Source of the DNA: Thermodesulfobacteriota bacterium
GTDB taxonomy: Bacteria; Desulfobacterota_D; UBA1144
Length of the DNA stretch: 64,000 nt
Assembly: GCA_036340075.1 (NCBI GenBank)
Contig: JAYYZJ010000004.1
Coordinates: 8,614-72,613, forward strand
Direction: 5' to 3'
Both the position numbers and the translations under genes were made by a program. Below, one piece after another: positions 1-10,697 of the stretch (position 1 is its first letter; the number at the start of each line of letters is the position of its first letter). The notes beneath the pieces are model-generated. The model was not told where the DNA came from and searched no databases. It saw only the letters and a program-made list of their open reading frames with translations.

Positions 1-142
1 AAAACAGGCGTCAATATCAATGATTCAAAGAAGATTAAAGATTGGTTACAATAGAGCTGCAAATATAATAGAAATGATGGAAAGAGAAGGTATAGTAGGA
101 GAACAAGAATCTGCGGGGAAACCAAGAAAGGTTTACTTGTAG
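1..142 (+). CDS. ftsK: DNA translocase FtsK, C-terminal gamma domain (partial, 5' end outside window)
   Basis: Frame from nt 2 reads KQASISMIQRRLKIGYNRAANIIEMMEREGIVG...KPRKVYL*, the FtsK gamma winged-helix signature; not in the ORF track. Confidence 0.93.
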   Translation, partial: KQASISMIQRRLKIGYNRAANIIEMMEREGIVGEQESAGKPRKVYL

Positions 143-1173
143 CGAGACGACTCCTTATACATTTTAATAGCAAGTAGCAAAGACTGCTCCATACTACTTG
201 TTGAAGCTTTCTTTCTCCATGCGATATCATAAGCAGTTCCATGGTCTGGGGACGTTCTTATAAACGGCAAATTAAGAGTCACATTCACTCCTGTATCAAA
301 AGACAACATCTTGAATGGAATAAGTGCCTGATCGTGATATGGGCATAAAATAATATCGTATTTTTTTCTATTTGTATGCAGAAATAATGTGTCTGAAGGG
401 AACGGGCCTTCAACAGATATCTTTTTTTTTCGTGCCAGCGCAACAGCTGGAAAAGTTATTTTGAGGTCGTCGTCTCCTAGATTCCCATCTTCTGAAGCGT
501 GGGGGTTGATTGCCGCTAAAGCAATTTTAGGTTTTTTAATACCAAAATACTTTTTTAATGATTTATCTAGCACTGCAAGGTGATGTAGCAAAAGAGTTGT
601 ATGCAATTCTTTAACTACTTTCTTTAAAGGTATATGGGCTGTACAGACAGCTACGTTGATATCTTTAGAAAAAAATGACATTAAAACATTGTCAACTTTA
701 AAATGTTTTTGTAACAAATCTGTATGTCCTTTAAATTTAGATCCTGCCTTGGCAATTGCAGTTTTGCTAATTGGAGCTGTAATAAGACAATGTGCAGCTC
801 TTCTTTTAATGAGATCGATACCAGAGTCTATATAATCAAGCGAAGCTTTTCCTGATAGGACAGATGGTTTACCAGGTGTTATTTTTACTTTATTCGATCT
901 CTTATGTATTGAAATACTTTCATCTAATCTAATTTTAAGTGCATCTAAAACTTGGGTATCAGCAATCAAAATAGGATGACATAAAGCTAAGATTTCTTTT
1001 TTATTTATAGCTTTTACAGCAACCTCAGGACCAATACCATTAAAGTCACCTATTGTAATTGCGATTCTTGGTTTAGACCGAGCTTTGATTTTTTCTCGGA
1101 ACAACTCGTCCTTTTTGCGGGAATGCTTCAATGATAAGAAAAAATCATAATGATTTAATTTAGTGCTAAACAT
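133..1173 (-). CDS. pdxA: 4-hydroxythreonine-4-phosphate dehydrogenase
   Basis: GD..GIGPEV, TAPISK, GHTD, NPHA, YHDQ, RTSPDHGTAYDIA motifs. Confidence 0.93.
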   Translation of the reverse strand: MFSTKLNHYDFFLSLKHSRKKDELFREKIKARSKPRIAITIGDFNGIGPEVAVKAINKKEILALCHPILIADTQVLDALKIRLDESISIHKRSNKVKITPGKPSVLSGKASLDYIDSGIDLIKRRAAHCLITAPISKTAIAKAGSKFKGHTDLLQKHFKVDNVLMSFFSKDINVAVCTAHIPLKKVVKELHTTLLLHHLAVLDKSLKKYFGIKKPKIALAAINPHASEDGNLGDDDLKITFPAVALARKKKISVEGPFPSDTLFLHTNRKKYDIILCPYHDQALIPFKMLSFDTGVNVTLNLPFIRTSPDHGTAYDIAWRKKASTSSMEQSLLLAIKMYKESSRYK

Positions 1174-1181
1174 AAGGCGTA

Positions 1182-1934
1182 TTATAATTTAAAAAATTTA
1201 ACTGTGTTGTTTCTAATTTTTTCAGAAATTTTTAAATACTCCTCCTTTTTAATTAATGATAAGCATTCTGCTATATATACAAGATTCCTCGGATGATTTT
1301 CCTTTCCTCTCTTTGGTTCAGGTGATAGATATGGCGAATCAGTTTCGATCATAATTCTATCTGTAGGTATATAATCAACTACCTCACGTAATTCATTAGA
1401 TTTTTTAAAGGTTATTATTCCTGTAAAAGAAATATAAGATCCTAAATCCAAAAAGTCTTTCGCATCCTCTTTGTTTCCCGTAAAGCAATGTATTACAAAA
1501 TTTGTTTCTGGTTTTCTTTTTTTTAAAAAAGTGGCAACTTCTTTGTAAGAATCTCTAGAATGAACAATAAATGGTAAATTTTTATTTTCAGCTATCTCTA
1601 TTTGTCTATCAAAGAAAGCTAGCTGCTGTTTAGAGTTGTCCCTAGAATAATAAAAGTCCAATCCTATTTCTCCTATAGCTTTGTTTCTTGTATCGGTACA
1701 AAGCCTTTCTATTTCATCTAAATCATCAAGCTCAAGAGTTTTTATATCGCAAGGATGGATTCCAACAGCGCTAAAAATCTGATTGAATTTATTCGCAATT
1801 TTAACATTATCGATTGATGAATGAATATCAGTAGAAACCGAAATTATTTCGGTAACATCTGACTCAATAGACTCTCTGACTACTTCTTCAGTATCTTTTA
1901 AATTATTTAAATGTGCATGTGTATCAATTAGCAT
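1182..1934 (-). CDS. tatD: TatD family metal-dependent DNase
   Basis: DTHAHL, GIHP, GEIGLD, HSR, HCF, ETDSPYL motifs. Confidence 0.93.
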   Translation of the reverse strand: MLIDTHAHLNNLKDTEEVVRESIESDVTEIISVSTDIHSSIDNVKIANKFNQIFSAVGIHPCDIKTLELDDLDEIERLCTDTRNKAIGEIGLDFYYSRDNSKQQLAFFDRQIEIAENKNLPFIVHSRDSYKEVATFLKKRKPETNFVIHCFTGNKEDAKDFLDLGSYISFTGIITFKKSNELREVVDYIPTDRIMIETDSPYLSPEPKRGKENHPRNLVYIAECLSLIKKEEYLKISEKIRNNTVKFFKL

Positions 1935-1939
1935 AATAG

Positions 1940-2401
1940 CTATTTTTCTTTTATTAATCTTTTTAATTCATCTAAGAACTCTGAAAGATTGTCAAAAGCT
2001 CTATAAACAGATGCGAATCTAATATATGCAACCTGGTCTATTTCATAAAGATGTCTCGTAACAAGCTCACCTATTTGACTAGTATTTATTTCTCTTTTTC
2101 CTGATTCAATCAACTCTTTTTCAATCAAAAAAACTACATTTTCTATCTGCTTTATACTAACAGGTCTTTTTTCACAAGCTGTAAGCATGCCATCCATAAT
2201 CTTAGATTTGTCATATTTTTGTGTAGCTCCATCTTTTTTGATTACTACTAATTCATACTCCTCGACTCTTTCATAAGTAGTAAAACGCTGACCGCAGCTG
2301 GCACATTCTCTTCTTCTTCTAATAGATTTTGAATCGGCGCCTGGTCTAGAATCGATTACCCTCGACTCTACTGTGTCGCATTTTGGATTATTACAGAACA
2401 T
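1940..2401 (-). CDS. nrdR: Transcriptional repressor NrdR
   Basis: Zn ribbon VIDSR..IRRRRECxxCGxRFTTYE, ATP cone, AYIRFASVY. Confidence 0.97.
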   Translation of the reverse strand: MFCNNPKCDTVESRVIDSRPGADSKSIRRRRECASCGQRFTTYERVEEYELVVIKKDGATQKYDKSKIMDGMLTACEKRPVSIKQIENVVFLIEKELIESGKREINTSQIGELVTRHLYEIDQVAYIRFASVYRAFDNLSEFLDELKRLIKEK

Positions 2402-2447
2402 AAAAAGATACTATCACAAAATTAATATAAAGGCTGAAAATATAAAG

Positions 2448-3689
2448 CTAGATTAAATGGGAATATATAGGGAATTGAGAACAAAGCTCTTTAACATCTT
2501 TTTTACAAGAAATTAAAATTTTATCATTTCCATGATTATTTAATGCCTTAGATATGAGTTCAGCTATTATTTCTATCTCTTTTTCTTTCATACCTCTCGT
2601 CGTTATTCCAGGAGTACCAATTCTCACACCAGAAGCTATTGCAGGAGGTTGAGGGTCAAATGGTATTGCATTTTTATTTGTTGTAATTCCTGCATCTGAC
2701 AAAGCTTTCTCAGCTTCTTTACCAGTTATTCCAGATTCTCTTAAATCCAAAAGAACTAAATGTGTATCTGTCCCACCAGTTATACAGTCAAAACCATCCT
2801 TGATTAGCAACTCTGCTAAAAGTTTTGAATTAATTAAAACTTGTTTTTGATAATCTTTAAACGAAGGGTCCAACGCTTCTTTGAAAGCTACAGCTTTAGC
2901 AGCAATCATATTCATCAAAGGTCCACCTTGAGTTCCAGGAAAAACTCTGCTGTTGATTATTTTGGCATGCTCTTCTTTCATCATGACCATTCCACCTCGT
3001 GGTCCCCTCAAGGTTTTATGTGTAGTAGTTGTCACAAAATCACAATATGGTACAGGATCAGAATAAAGTTTTGCAGCTATTAGTCCGGAAGGATGTGCAA
3101 TATCAGCCAACAGAAGTGCTCCCGATTTGTCAGCTATTTCTCTAAATCTAGCAAAATCCAAATCTCTTGGATAAGAACTCCATCCGGCTATTATTAATTT
3201 GGGCTTGTTTTTTAATGCTAGCTCTTCTATTTGTTCGTAATCAATTAAAAAGGTATCTTCCTTAACTCCATAAGAAATAGAATTATAAACTCTTCCTGAG
3301 AAATTTACTTTTGAACCATGAGATAGATGACCACCATGATCAAGACTCATCCCTAAAACTGTATCTCCTGGATTTAGAAATCCAAGAAAAACAGCCATAT
3401 TGGCTTGAGCACCTGAATGAGGTTGTACATTTACAGCTTCTGCTCCAAATACGAGCTTAGCTCTCTCTATAGCTAATTCTTCAGCAGCATCATAGTATTC
3501 GCATCCACCATAATATCTTTTTCCTGGATAGCCCTCGGCATACTTATTAGTAAATGGAGAGCCCATAACTTCCATAACTTCCTGACTAGCATAATTCTCG
3601 GAAGCTATCATTTGAAGCTCAAATTCCTGTCTTCCTATTTCTTTATTTATTAGGTTAAAAATTTCAGAATCTTTATCTAATAGACTCAT
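2448..3689 (-). CDS. glyA: Serine hydroxymethyltransferase
   Basis: [34 protein letters not shown]. Confidence 0.98.
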   Translation of the reverse strand: MSLLDKDSEIFNLINKEIGRQEFELQMIASENYASQEVMEVMGSPFTNKYAEGYPGKRYYGGCEYYDAAEELAIERAKLVFGAEAVNVQPHSGAQANMAVFLGFLNPGDTVLGMSLDHGGHLSHGSKVNFSGRVYNSISYGVKEDTFLIDYEQIEELALKNKPKLIIAGWSSYPRDLDFARFREIADKSGALLLADIAHPSGLIAAKLYSDPVPYCDFVTTTTHKTLRGPRGGMVMMKEEHAKIINSRVFPGTQGGPLMNMIAAKAVAFKEALDPSFKDYQKQVLINSKLLAELLIKDGFDCITGGTDTHLVLLDLRESGITGKEAEKALSDAGITTNKNAIPFDPQPPAIASGVRIGTPGITTRGMKEKEIEIIAELISKALNNHGNDKILISCKKDVKELCSQFPIYSHLI

Positions 3690-3761
3690 GGGAGTACAAT
3701 CAGGTTACTTAAATTGTAAAAAAAATTCAAGCAAGTGTGCAAATATAGTTAATATTAATAT

Positions 3762-6473
3762 ATGGATAAAGAGATTCGTATTTTGGGAGCGGCTCAAAAT
3801 AATCTTAAGGGTATAGATGTCAACATACCATGGTACAACTTATGTGTAGTTACCGGTCTATCTGGTTCCGGAAAATCTTCTTTGGCAATTGATACTATAC
3901 ATGCAGAGAGCAGAAGAAGGTATCTCGAATCATTGTCTACTTATGCAAGACAATTCTTAGAAAAAATAGATAAACCTAAAGTGTTATCAATAGATGGAGC
4001 CCCTCCGTCAATATCAATTGAAAGTAGAAATAATGTTAAAAATTCAAGATCAACAGTGGGTACGTTAACCGAAGTGTATGACTATATGAGAGTAATTTAT
4101 AGCAGAATTGGAAAAATTTATTGTACTGAGTGTGATACTGAATGCGTATCTATATCAACGATTGATATTTATAAATATTTGTTAAAGGACTATGGGAATC
4201 ATGAAGTAATAATTTGCATAGAAAATGAAAATAAGATTGATCAAAAGGATTTAGTTAAAGCAGGAATTTTTGAAGCTATACTTTTAAATAAGATAATTAA
4301 TTTGAGCGATACATTGGAAGACGAAACAATATATCCATTAATAGACAAGGTAAAGCCTAGCAAAAACAATCAATCAAGAATAATAGAATCCTTAGATCTA
4401 GGATTTTCTATTTCAAAAACTATATGTATTTACGACAAGAAGAAGCAACTTCTAAAAAGATTTAAGAAAGAGCTGTGTTGTCCAAGATGCTTTAAGGAAT
4501 ATAAAAAAATATCTCCTAATAAATTATCCTTTAATAGTCCTGATGGTGCTTGTAAGCAATGCAAAGGATTTGGAAATATACTACTCCCAGATTTAAATCT
4601 CATAGTAAAAGACAAAAAGAAAAGTATTGAAGAAGGGTGCATCTCTATATTGCAAAGACCTTCTTTAGGTTATGAAAAAAGAAGATTTTTGGATTTCTGT
4701 GACAGATCTAAAATTAACACAAAAACGTCCTATGAGAATTTGTCAAACAAAGATATCGATTCAATTTTGATAGGAGACAAAAAATATAAAGGACTTTACG
4801 GTTTATTTAAGAGACTAGAGTCAAAATCTTATAAGATGCATATTAGAATGCTACTTAGTAAATATAGATCTCCTTCTGAATGTAATGAGTGTAATGGTTC
4901 AAGAATAAATTCTCTTGGCTCTAAGGTTCGTTTACAAAATAAGACTATAAAAGATTTATGCACTATGCCTATTAATAAACTTTTAATCTTCCTAACTAAA
5001 ATAAAAATATCAAAAACAGATAGACAGATTGTTGATGAATCAATAAAACAGTGCACTTCTAGATTGACTTATTTATTAGAAGTTGGATTAGAATATTTAA
5101 CCTTGGCAAGGTTAGGTAGAAGTCTGTCTGGTGGTGAAGCGCAAAGAGTAAATTTGGCGCAACAATTAGGGTCCCGTTTAACTGATACTTTATATGTGCT
5201 CGATGAACCATCTATTGGGTTACATCCAAAAGACATAGAAAGACTTTTTAAAACACTTGTTAATCTAAGAAACCTAGACAATACAATCATATTAATTGAA
5301 CATGATTTAGACATAATTTCTAAATCAGATTGGATAATTGAGCTTGGTCCCTCTTCAGGAGAAAAAGGTGGGGAATTAATTTATTGTGGCAAACGTCAGA
5401 ATATAAATAGAAATTCTAAGTCGATTACAAATAAGTATATCAATGGGATTTTAAAAGTTGATACGCCTAAAACAAGAAGAAGTGGAATTAGCAAAATTAA
5501 GGTTAAAAACGCTTCTAAAAATAATCTAAACAAAGTTTCTTTTGAGATTCCAATTAATTGCATAACTTGTGTTACTGGAGTATCTGGCTCAGGGAAAAGC
5601 ACTCTCATTAAAGACTGTTTTTATGGAAATGCTATAAGAGAATATGGAAAAACATATGACAACTTCGGTCAAGTATTATCAATTACAGGTCTTGAACATC
5701 TAACTGATTTGGTAATGATTACTCAAGAATCAATTGGGACAAGTGCGAGATCTAATCCCGCTAGCTATATGAAAATTTATGATGATATTAGAAAAACAAT
5801 GTCGAATACCAGTAGTGCCATTAAAGCTGGATATGCACCAGGAGATTTCTCCTTCAATACAAAAGGAGGCAGATGTGAAGAATGCCAAGGAGAAGGAAAA
5901 AAAACTATAGAAATGCAATTTTTATCTGATTTAGAAATAGATTGCGAAGCGTGCCAAGGAAAGAGATTCAATAAAGAAATACTAAATATAAAATACAAAG
6001 GAAAAAACATTGATGATATTTTAGAGTTAACTGTTTCAGAAGCTACAGATTTTTTCAATAACAATAACTCCATAAAAAATAAATTAAATATTCTTTCCTC
6101 CGTTGGACTTGGATATATAAAAATTGGTCAACCTTCAAATACGCTTTCAGGCGGAGAATCCCAAAGAATAAAAATCGCGAAATCTCTGATTCCAAAAAGG
6201 ACAAAAAATGTTCTTTATATTTTTGATGAACCATCTATTGGTTTACATATAGATGATTTAAAAAATCTCATTAATACTTTTAATTTAATCATGGAAAGAG
6301 AGAATACAATAATAATAATCGAACATAATATTGAATTAATCAAAATTGCCGATTACATAATAGATATGGGACCAGGTGGGGGTAAAAATGGTGGAGAAAT
6401 TATTGCTACTGGTACTCCAGAAAAAATACAACAAAATAAATCTTCTATAATAGGAAGGTATCTAAATCTATAG
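3762..6473 (+). CDS. uvrA: Excinuclease ABC subunit A (probably a second-paralogue type)
   Basis: Two ABC ATPase modules (GLSGSGKSS, GVSGSGKST, LSGGE twice, DEPSIGLH twice) and Zn fingers. Confidence 0.9.
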   Translation: MDKEIRILGAAQNNLKGIDVNIPWYNLCVVTGLSGSGKSSLAIDTIHAESRRRYLESLSTYARQFLEKIDKPKVLSIDGAPPSISIESRNNVKNSRSTVGTLTEVYDYMRVIYSRIGKIYCTECDTECVSISTIDIYKYLLKDYGNHEVIICIENENKIDQKDLVKAGIFEAILLNKIINLSDTLEDETIYPLIDKVKPSKNNQSRIIESLDLGFSISKTICIYDKKKQLLKRFKKELCCPRCFKEYKKISPNKLSFNSPDGACKQCKGFGNILLPDLNLIVKDKKKSIEEGCISILQRPSLGYEKRRFLDFCDRSKINTKTSYENLSNKDIDSILIGDKKYKGLYGLFKRLESKSYKMHIRMLLSKYRSPSECNECNGSRINSLGSKVRLQNKTIKDLCTMPINKLLIFLTKIKISKTDRQIVDESIKQCTSRLTYLLEVGLEYLTLARLGRSLSGGEAQRVNLAQQLGSRLTDTLYVLDEPSIGLHPKDIERLFKTLVNLRNLDNTIILIEHDLDIISKSDWIIELGPSSGEKGGELIYCGKRQNINRNSKSITNKYINGILKVDTPKTRRSGISKIKVKNASKNNLNKVSFEIPINCITCVTGVSGSGKSTLIKDCFYGNAIREYGKTYDNFGQVLSITGLEHLTDLVMITQESIGTSARSNPASYMKIYDDIRKTMSNTSSAIKAGYAPGDFSFNTKGGRCEECQGEGKKTIEMQFLSDLEIDCEACQGKRFNKEILNIKYKGKNIDDILELTVSEATDFFNNNNSIKNKLNILSSVGLGYIKIGQPSNTLSGGESQRIKIAKSLIPKRTKNVLYIFDEPSIGLHIDDLKNLINTFNLIMERENTIIIIEHNIELIKIADYIIDMGPGGGKNGGEIIATGTPEKIQQNKSSIIGRYLNL

Positions 6474-7244
6474 CTTACATTCAAGAATATAAAGTAAATC
6501 TTTATGTATTAACGAGTTAGAAGCAACTATATCTTTCTGATGAATTTCATATTCTTCACCATTAATTTTTGTAATCATTCCTCCAGCTTCTTCTACAAGT
6601 AGGATTCCAGCTGCTGTATCCCAAGGATTTAAACCAAGCTCCCAAAAACCATCCAATCTTCCACAAGCAACATAAGCAAGATCCAAAGCTGCGGATCCGT
6701 CTCTTCTAATTGATCTGCACTTGTATAATAAGTTCTTAAAATTTTCAACATTAGCTTCGCCATATTCTTTATTTGATGTTATAAATCCAGTGCATAACAA
6801 AGCCTGGTTCAGCTTATTATTGTTACTTACAAAAATTTTCTTATCATTCAAATAGGACCCCGCCCCCTTCTCTGAATAAAAGAATTCATTTCTTACTGGA
6901 TCCAAGATAGCTGCATGAGAAATAATACCTTCAATCATTAATCCAATAGAAATGCAAAAAAAAGGGTAATCGTGGATATAGTTATTAGTTCCATCAATTG
7001 GATCTATAATCCAATGTAAACTTGATTTTTTGTTGTTATTAGAATTTAATTCTTCAGCAAGAAAAGATGAGTCGGGATAATCTCTTTTAATTAAATTCAC
7101 TATAGTGTTTTCAATTTTAATATCAATTTCTGTAACCCAATTATTTTCTCCTTTGGATTTAATTTCCTTGTTTTGCTCGAAACTTTCCATCATTATCTCG
7201 CCGGCTGAGTAACAAGACTTTTTCATGATATCAAAAAAATTCAT
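6468..7244 (-). CDS. suhB: Inositol monophosphatase family protein
   Basis: WIIDPIDGTNNY, GSAALDLAYVACGRLD, WDTAAG. Confidence 0.9.
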   Translation of the reverse strand: MNFFDIMKKSCYSAGEIMMESFEQNKEIKSKGENNWVTEIDIKIENTIVNLIKRDYPDSSFLAEELNSNNNKKSSLHWIIDPIDGTNNYIHDYPFFCISIGLMIEGIISHAAILDPVRNEFFYSEKGAGSYLNDKKIFVSNNNKLNQALLCTGFITSNKEYGEANVENFKNLLYKCRSIRRDGSAALDLAYVACGRLDGFWELGLNPWDTAAGILLVEEAGGMITKINGEEYEIHQKDIVASNSLIHKDLLYILECKL

Positions 7245-7308
7245 TATAAATAAACCTATAATATTTCTATTAAATTATTTTAAAGTATTATTAACTATAT
7301 ATTCTATT

Positions 7309-7752
7309 ATGAAAAAAAATATCTCTTTTTCTTTTGGTGCAGATACCTTGTCTCCTTCCGTTGTTAAAGCAAAGGAATACTTAGAAAAGATTGATGAAAA
7401 TATCAAAATTTATGGATTAATTAACAATGATGGATTAAACTGGGTAGAAATTGCAAAGAAAATAGCTCTAGATGTACAATGCGGAATCTCAAATTATGGA
7501 ATAATCTTTTGCTATACAGGAACAGGAGTTTCTATTGTTGCAAACAAGTTTAAAGGAATAAGGGCGGCTCTTTGTAATGATAAAGAAATTGCAGCTGGTG
7601 CAAGAAGATGGAATGATGCTAATATTCTGACCATGGGTGTTTTATCAGTGAAAGAAAATGATGTAGAAGATATAATAGAGACATGGATCAATACAGATGT
7701 TGATTCCTCTGAAATGAAAAATATTAAAAGTATAAGTGAGATTGAATTATGA
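7309..7752 (+). CDS. RpiB/LacA/LacB family sugar-phosphate isomerase
   Basis: CYTGTGVSIVANKFKGIRAALC, ARRWNDANIL; start placed at ATG 7309 to avoid overlap with divergent suhB. Confidence 0.8.
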   Translation: MKKNISFSFGADTLSPSVVKAKEYLEKIDENIKIYGLINNDGLNWVEIAKKIALDVQCGISNYGIIFCYTGTGVSIVANKFKGIRAALCNDKEIAAGARRWNDANILTMGVLSVKENDVEDIIETWINTDVDSSEMKNIKSISEIEL

Positions 7753-8738
7753 GAGTCGGAATTGTAGGCGCAAGCGGAGCAGTAGGATTAGAAATAATTA
7801 AACTGCTAGAATCAAGACGATTCAAACTTCAATCTTTATCTCTATTTGGTTCTGATAGATCTGCTGGAAGATATTTATATTTTAAGAAAAAAAAGATTAA
7901 GATTAAAAAACTTACTAAAAAAGGATTAGAAAATCTTGATTTGGTTTTTTTCTCTGCTGGTTCAAGGATTAGTAAAAAATTTGCAAATATTGCTGCATCA
8001 TATGGGGCAATAGTTATTGACAATAGCTCTGCATTTAGGATGAATGCAGATACCCCATTAATTGTTCCTGAAATTAATCCTGAAGATATGGAAAAAACTA
8101 AAAGTAGAATTATTGCTAATCCAAATTGCACTACTATTATTTCATTGATGGCAATTAAACCGCTGTATAATTTATCAAAAATTCGCAGAATAGTTGCTAC
8201 CAGTTTTCAGTCTGTATCAGGAGCTGGGAGTAGAGGTATTGATGAATTGCTAAGCAACACTGCATCTTTATCAAAAAACAAAAAAACCTCAAATCCTATA
8301 TTCAAAAAACAGATAGCTTACAATGTTATACCTAAAATTGGAGATTTTAACTCGAACTTGTTTAGCGAGGAAGAAATGAAATTACATAATGAATCAAGAA
8401 AAATACTTTCAGACAAAAAAATAAATATCAGTGCCACTACTGTAAGAGTGCCTGTAATTAGATCTCACAGTGTAAGTTTAAATATTGAATTTACTAAATC
8501 TATAACAATAAAAAGAGCTTTGAAAGCATTGAACCAATTTTCTGGTATAAGAATTGAACCAACTTCAAAGGGGATTAGTTTTCCTACACCCATAGAAGCA
8601 ACAGATAAGGATTATTGTATAGTTGGAAGACTTAGAAAGGATTTTACTAGAAAAAACACACTATCTTTATGGGTTGTTGGAGATCAAATTAGGAAAGGTG
8701 CTGCTTTGAATGCCGTTCAGATTGCTGAACTTTTGTGA
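7749..8738 (+). CDS. asd: Aspartate-semialdehyde dehydrogenase
   Basis: GASGAVG, IDNSSAFRM, ANPNCTT, VRVPV, DQIRKGAALNAVQI. Confidence 0.96.
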   Translation: MRVGIVGASGAVGLEIIKLLESRRFKLQSLSLFGSDRSAGRYLYFKKKKIKIKKLTKKGLENLDLVFFSAGSRISKKFANIAASYGAIVIDNSSAFRMNADTPLIVPEINPEDMEKTKSRIIANPNCTTIISLMAIKPLYNLSKIRRIVATSFQSVSGAGSRGIDELLSNTASLSKNKKTSNPIFKKQIAYNVIPKIGDFNSNLFSEEEMKLHNESRKILSDKKINISATTVRVPVIRSHSVSLNIEFTKSITIKRALKALNQFSGIRIEPTSKGISFPTPIEATDKDYCIVGRLRKDFTRKNTLSLWVVGDQIRKGAALNAVQIAELL

Positions 8739-8770
8739 CTACTAAGAATTGTATAGTATTATATATCTAA

Positions 8771-9655
8771 ATGCAGAAAATAAGAGGTTGTATAACTGCT
8801 TTAGTTACACCATTTGATACCAAGGGTAATATTGATAAAACTGCGCTTAAGAGTTTAATTGCAAATCAGATTCGTTCCGGGGTACATGGCCTAGTACCAT
8901 GTGGAACAACAGGAGAGTCCCCTACACTTAGTCATGAAGAACATGAAGAAGTAATTCGTATAACTATAGAGATAGTAAATAAAAGAGTTCCTGTCATTGC
9001 TGGCACAGGTTCTAATTCAACAGATGAGGCTTTAAGGTTAACTAGAGCTGCGGAAAAGGCTGGTGCAGACGCAAGTCTTCAGGTTGTACCTTATTACAAT
9101 AAACCTAATCAACTTGGCCTATATAAACATTTTAGCAAAATTGCACAAAATACATCTTTGCCAATTATCTTATACAATATTCCGGGGAGATCGGTTGTAA
9201 ATCTTGATAATTCAACTATTAAAAAGCTTAACAAAGAAAACAAAAATATTGTTGGTATAAAAGAAGCCACGGGAAAAATTTCCAAAGTAAAAGAAATAAG
9301 AAAAAGTTGTCCGAAGAGTTTTATAATATTATCAGGAGATGATAGTTTAAATTATCGTACGTTAAAAGAAGGTGGTAATGGGTATATTTCAGTTACATCA
9401 AATATAGCACCTAAAGAATGTTCTGAAATGTTTAATGCTTTTGTAAAAAAGAATTACAAAGAAGCTAAAAGAATAGACACCAAGCTTAAGAAGCTTAACA
9501 ATCTTTTATTTGTTGATACAAATCCTATAGCTATAAAATATGCATTATCTGAAGCTGGTTTTTGTAAGAACACTTTAAGATTACCTCTAACGAAATTAAA
9601 ATTAAAAGATTCTTCATTGATTAAAAAAGAGCTAAAACAGTTGAAATTAATTTAA
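8771..9655 (+). CDS. dapA: 4-hydroxy-tetrahydrodipicolinate synthase
   Basis: GTTGES, PYYNKP, LYNIPGR, GIKEA, SGDD. Confidence 0.96.
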   Translation: MQKIRGCITALVTPFDTKGNIDKTALKSLIANQIRSGVHGLVPCGTTGESPTLSHEEHEEVIRITIEIVNKRVPVIAGTGSNSTDEALRLTRAAEKAGADASLQVVPYYNKPNQLGLYKHFSKIAQNTSLPIILYNIPGRSVVNLDNSTIKKLNKENKNIVGIKEATGKISKVKEIRKSCPKSFIILSGDDSLNYRTLKEGGNGYISVTSNIAPKECSEMFNAFVKKNYKEAKRIDTKLKKLNNLLFVDTNPIAIKYALSEAGFCKNTLRLPLTKLKLKDSSLIKKELKQLKLI

Positions 9656-10239
9656 TGGAATCTTTAAGCAAGCTGGAAAAGAGTTTAATTGATGACAATA
9701 AAATTGTTGCGGGTGTTGATGAAGTTGGACGTGGTTCACTTATAGGTCCAGTTGTTACTTGTGCATTCCTAATCGATAAACATTTCAATACATTCGTAAA
9801 AGATTCCAAAGCACTTACAGAAAAAAAAAGGAATGCAATTTTCTTAGAACTCATTAGTTCGAATACAAATTTCTCCTTAGGACTTTCTTCTCATAAAGAA
9901 ATTGACAAGTTAAACATACTAAATGCTACAAAATTGGCAATGCTTAGGGCTGTGAACAATTTAAAAATAAAACCAAACATTTTACTGATAGATGGTAACC
10001 AAAAAATAAATTCTGATATTTCTCAAATATGTATTACAAAAGGTGACAATATATGTAAATCTATTGCTGCCGCTTCGATAATTGCAAAAGTTGTTAGAGA
10101 CTTTATAGTGAAACAAATATCTCATGCCTATCCTTACTATAGTTTGGATAAAAACAAAGGCTATGCTACAAAGCACCACAAAAAATCAATTGCTACTTAT
10201 GGGCTTAGCCCTGTCCACAGAAAGACTTTTAAGGTTTGA
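9655..10239 (+). CDS. rnhB: Ribonuclease HII
   Basis: GVDEVGRG, DSK, IDG, SIAAASIIAKVVRD, HRKTF. Confidence 0.95.
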   Translation: MESLSKLEKSLIDDNKIVAGVDEVGRGSLIGPVVTCAFLIDKHFNTFVKDSKALTEKKRNAIFLELISSNTNFSLGLSSHKEIDKLNILNATKLAMLRAVNNLKIKPNILLIDGNQKINSDISQICITKGDNICKSIAAASIIAKVVRDFIVKQISHAYPYYSLDKNKGYATKHHKKSIATYGLSPVHRKTFKV

Positions 10240-10282
10240 TTAAATAATTGACAATATAATATTATTGACTTATTTTGATTTC

Positions 10283-10615
10283 ATGAACAAAGGAGAGAAA
10301 AAATATTATTTTAAAATTGGAGAACTTGAAACTATAACTGGAATACCTGCCAATAAAATTAGATATTGGACTAAAAAATATGAATATCTATCAGAGCAGC
10401 TAAGAGAAAATACTTCGGGTATTCATAAACTTTATCATAAGGATTCAATAGAAATTATTTATAAAATTAACGGTTATCTTAATGAAGTTAATATTAAAAT
10501 GGATGACAAAAAGATTAATGAAAAATTAGAAAATACATTTAAAAGGAACAGTGAACTATTGGATTCCTTAAAAAGTATAAGAATTAGATTAGAAAAAATT
10601 TTAAATACTCCTTAA
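10283..10615 (+). CDS. MerR-family HTH protein (type usually found beside tRNA-Pro/surE)
   Basis: KYYFKIGE...IRYW signature; position just upstream of tRNA-Pro(GGG)-surE; start uncertain (10265 or 10283). Confidence 0.75.
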   Translation: MNKGEKKYYFKIGELETITGIPANKIRYWTKKYEYLSEQLRENTSGIHKLYHKDSIEIIYKINGYLNEVNIKMDDKKINEKLENTFKRNSELLDSLKSIRIRLEKILNTP

Positions 10616-10618
10616 TTC

Positions 10619-10691
10619 CGGGGTGTGGCGCAGCTGGTAGCGCACTGGTCTGGGGGACCAGGGGTCGTCGGTTCAAGTCCGATCACCCCGA
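10619..10691 (+). tRNA. tRNA-Pro(GGG)
   Basis: CGGGGTG/CACCCCG acceptor stem, CTGGT-CT GGG GG-ACCAG anticodon arm, GTTCAAGT T-loop; no CCA. Confidence 0.96.
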
Positions 10692-10697
10692 TTAAAA

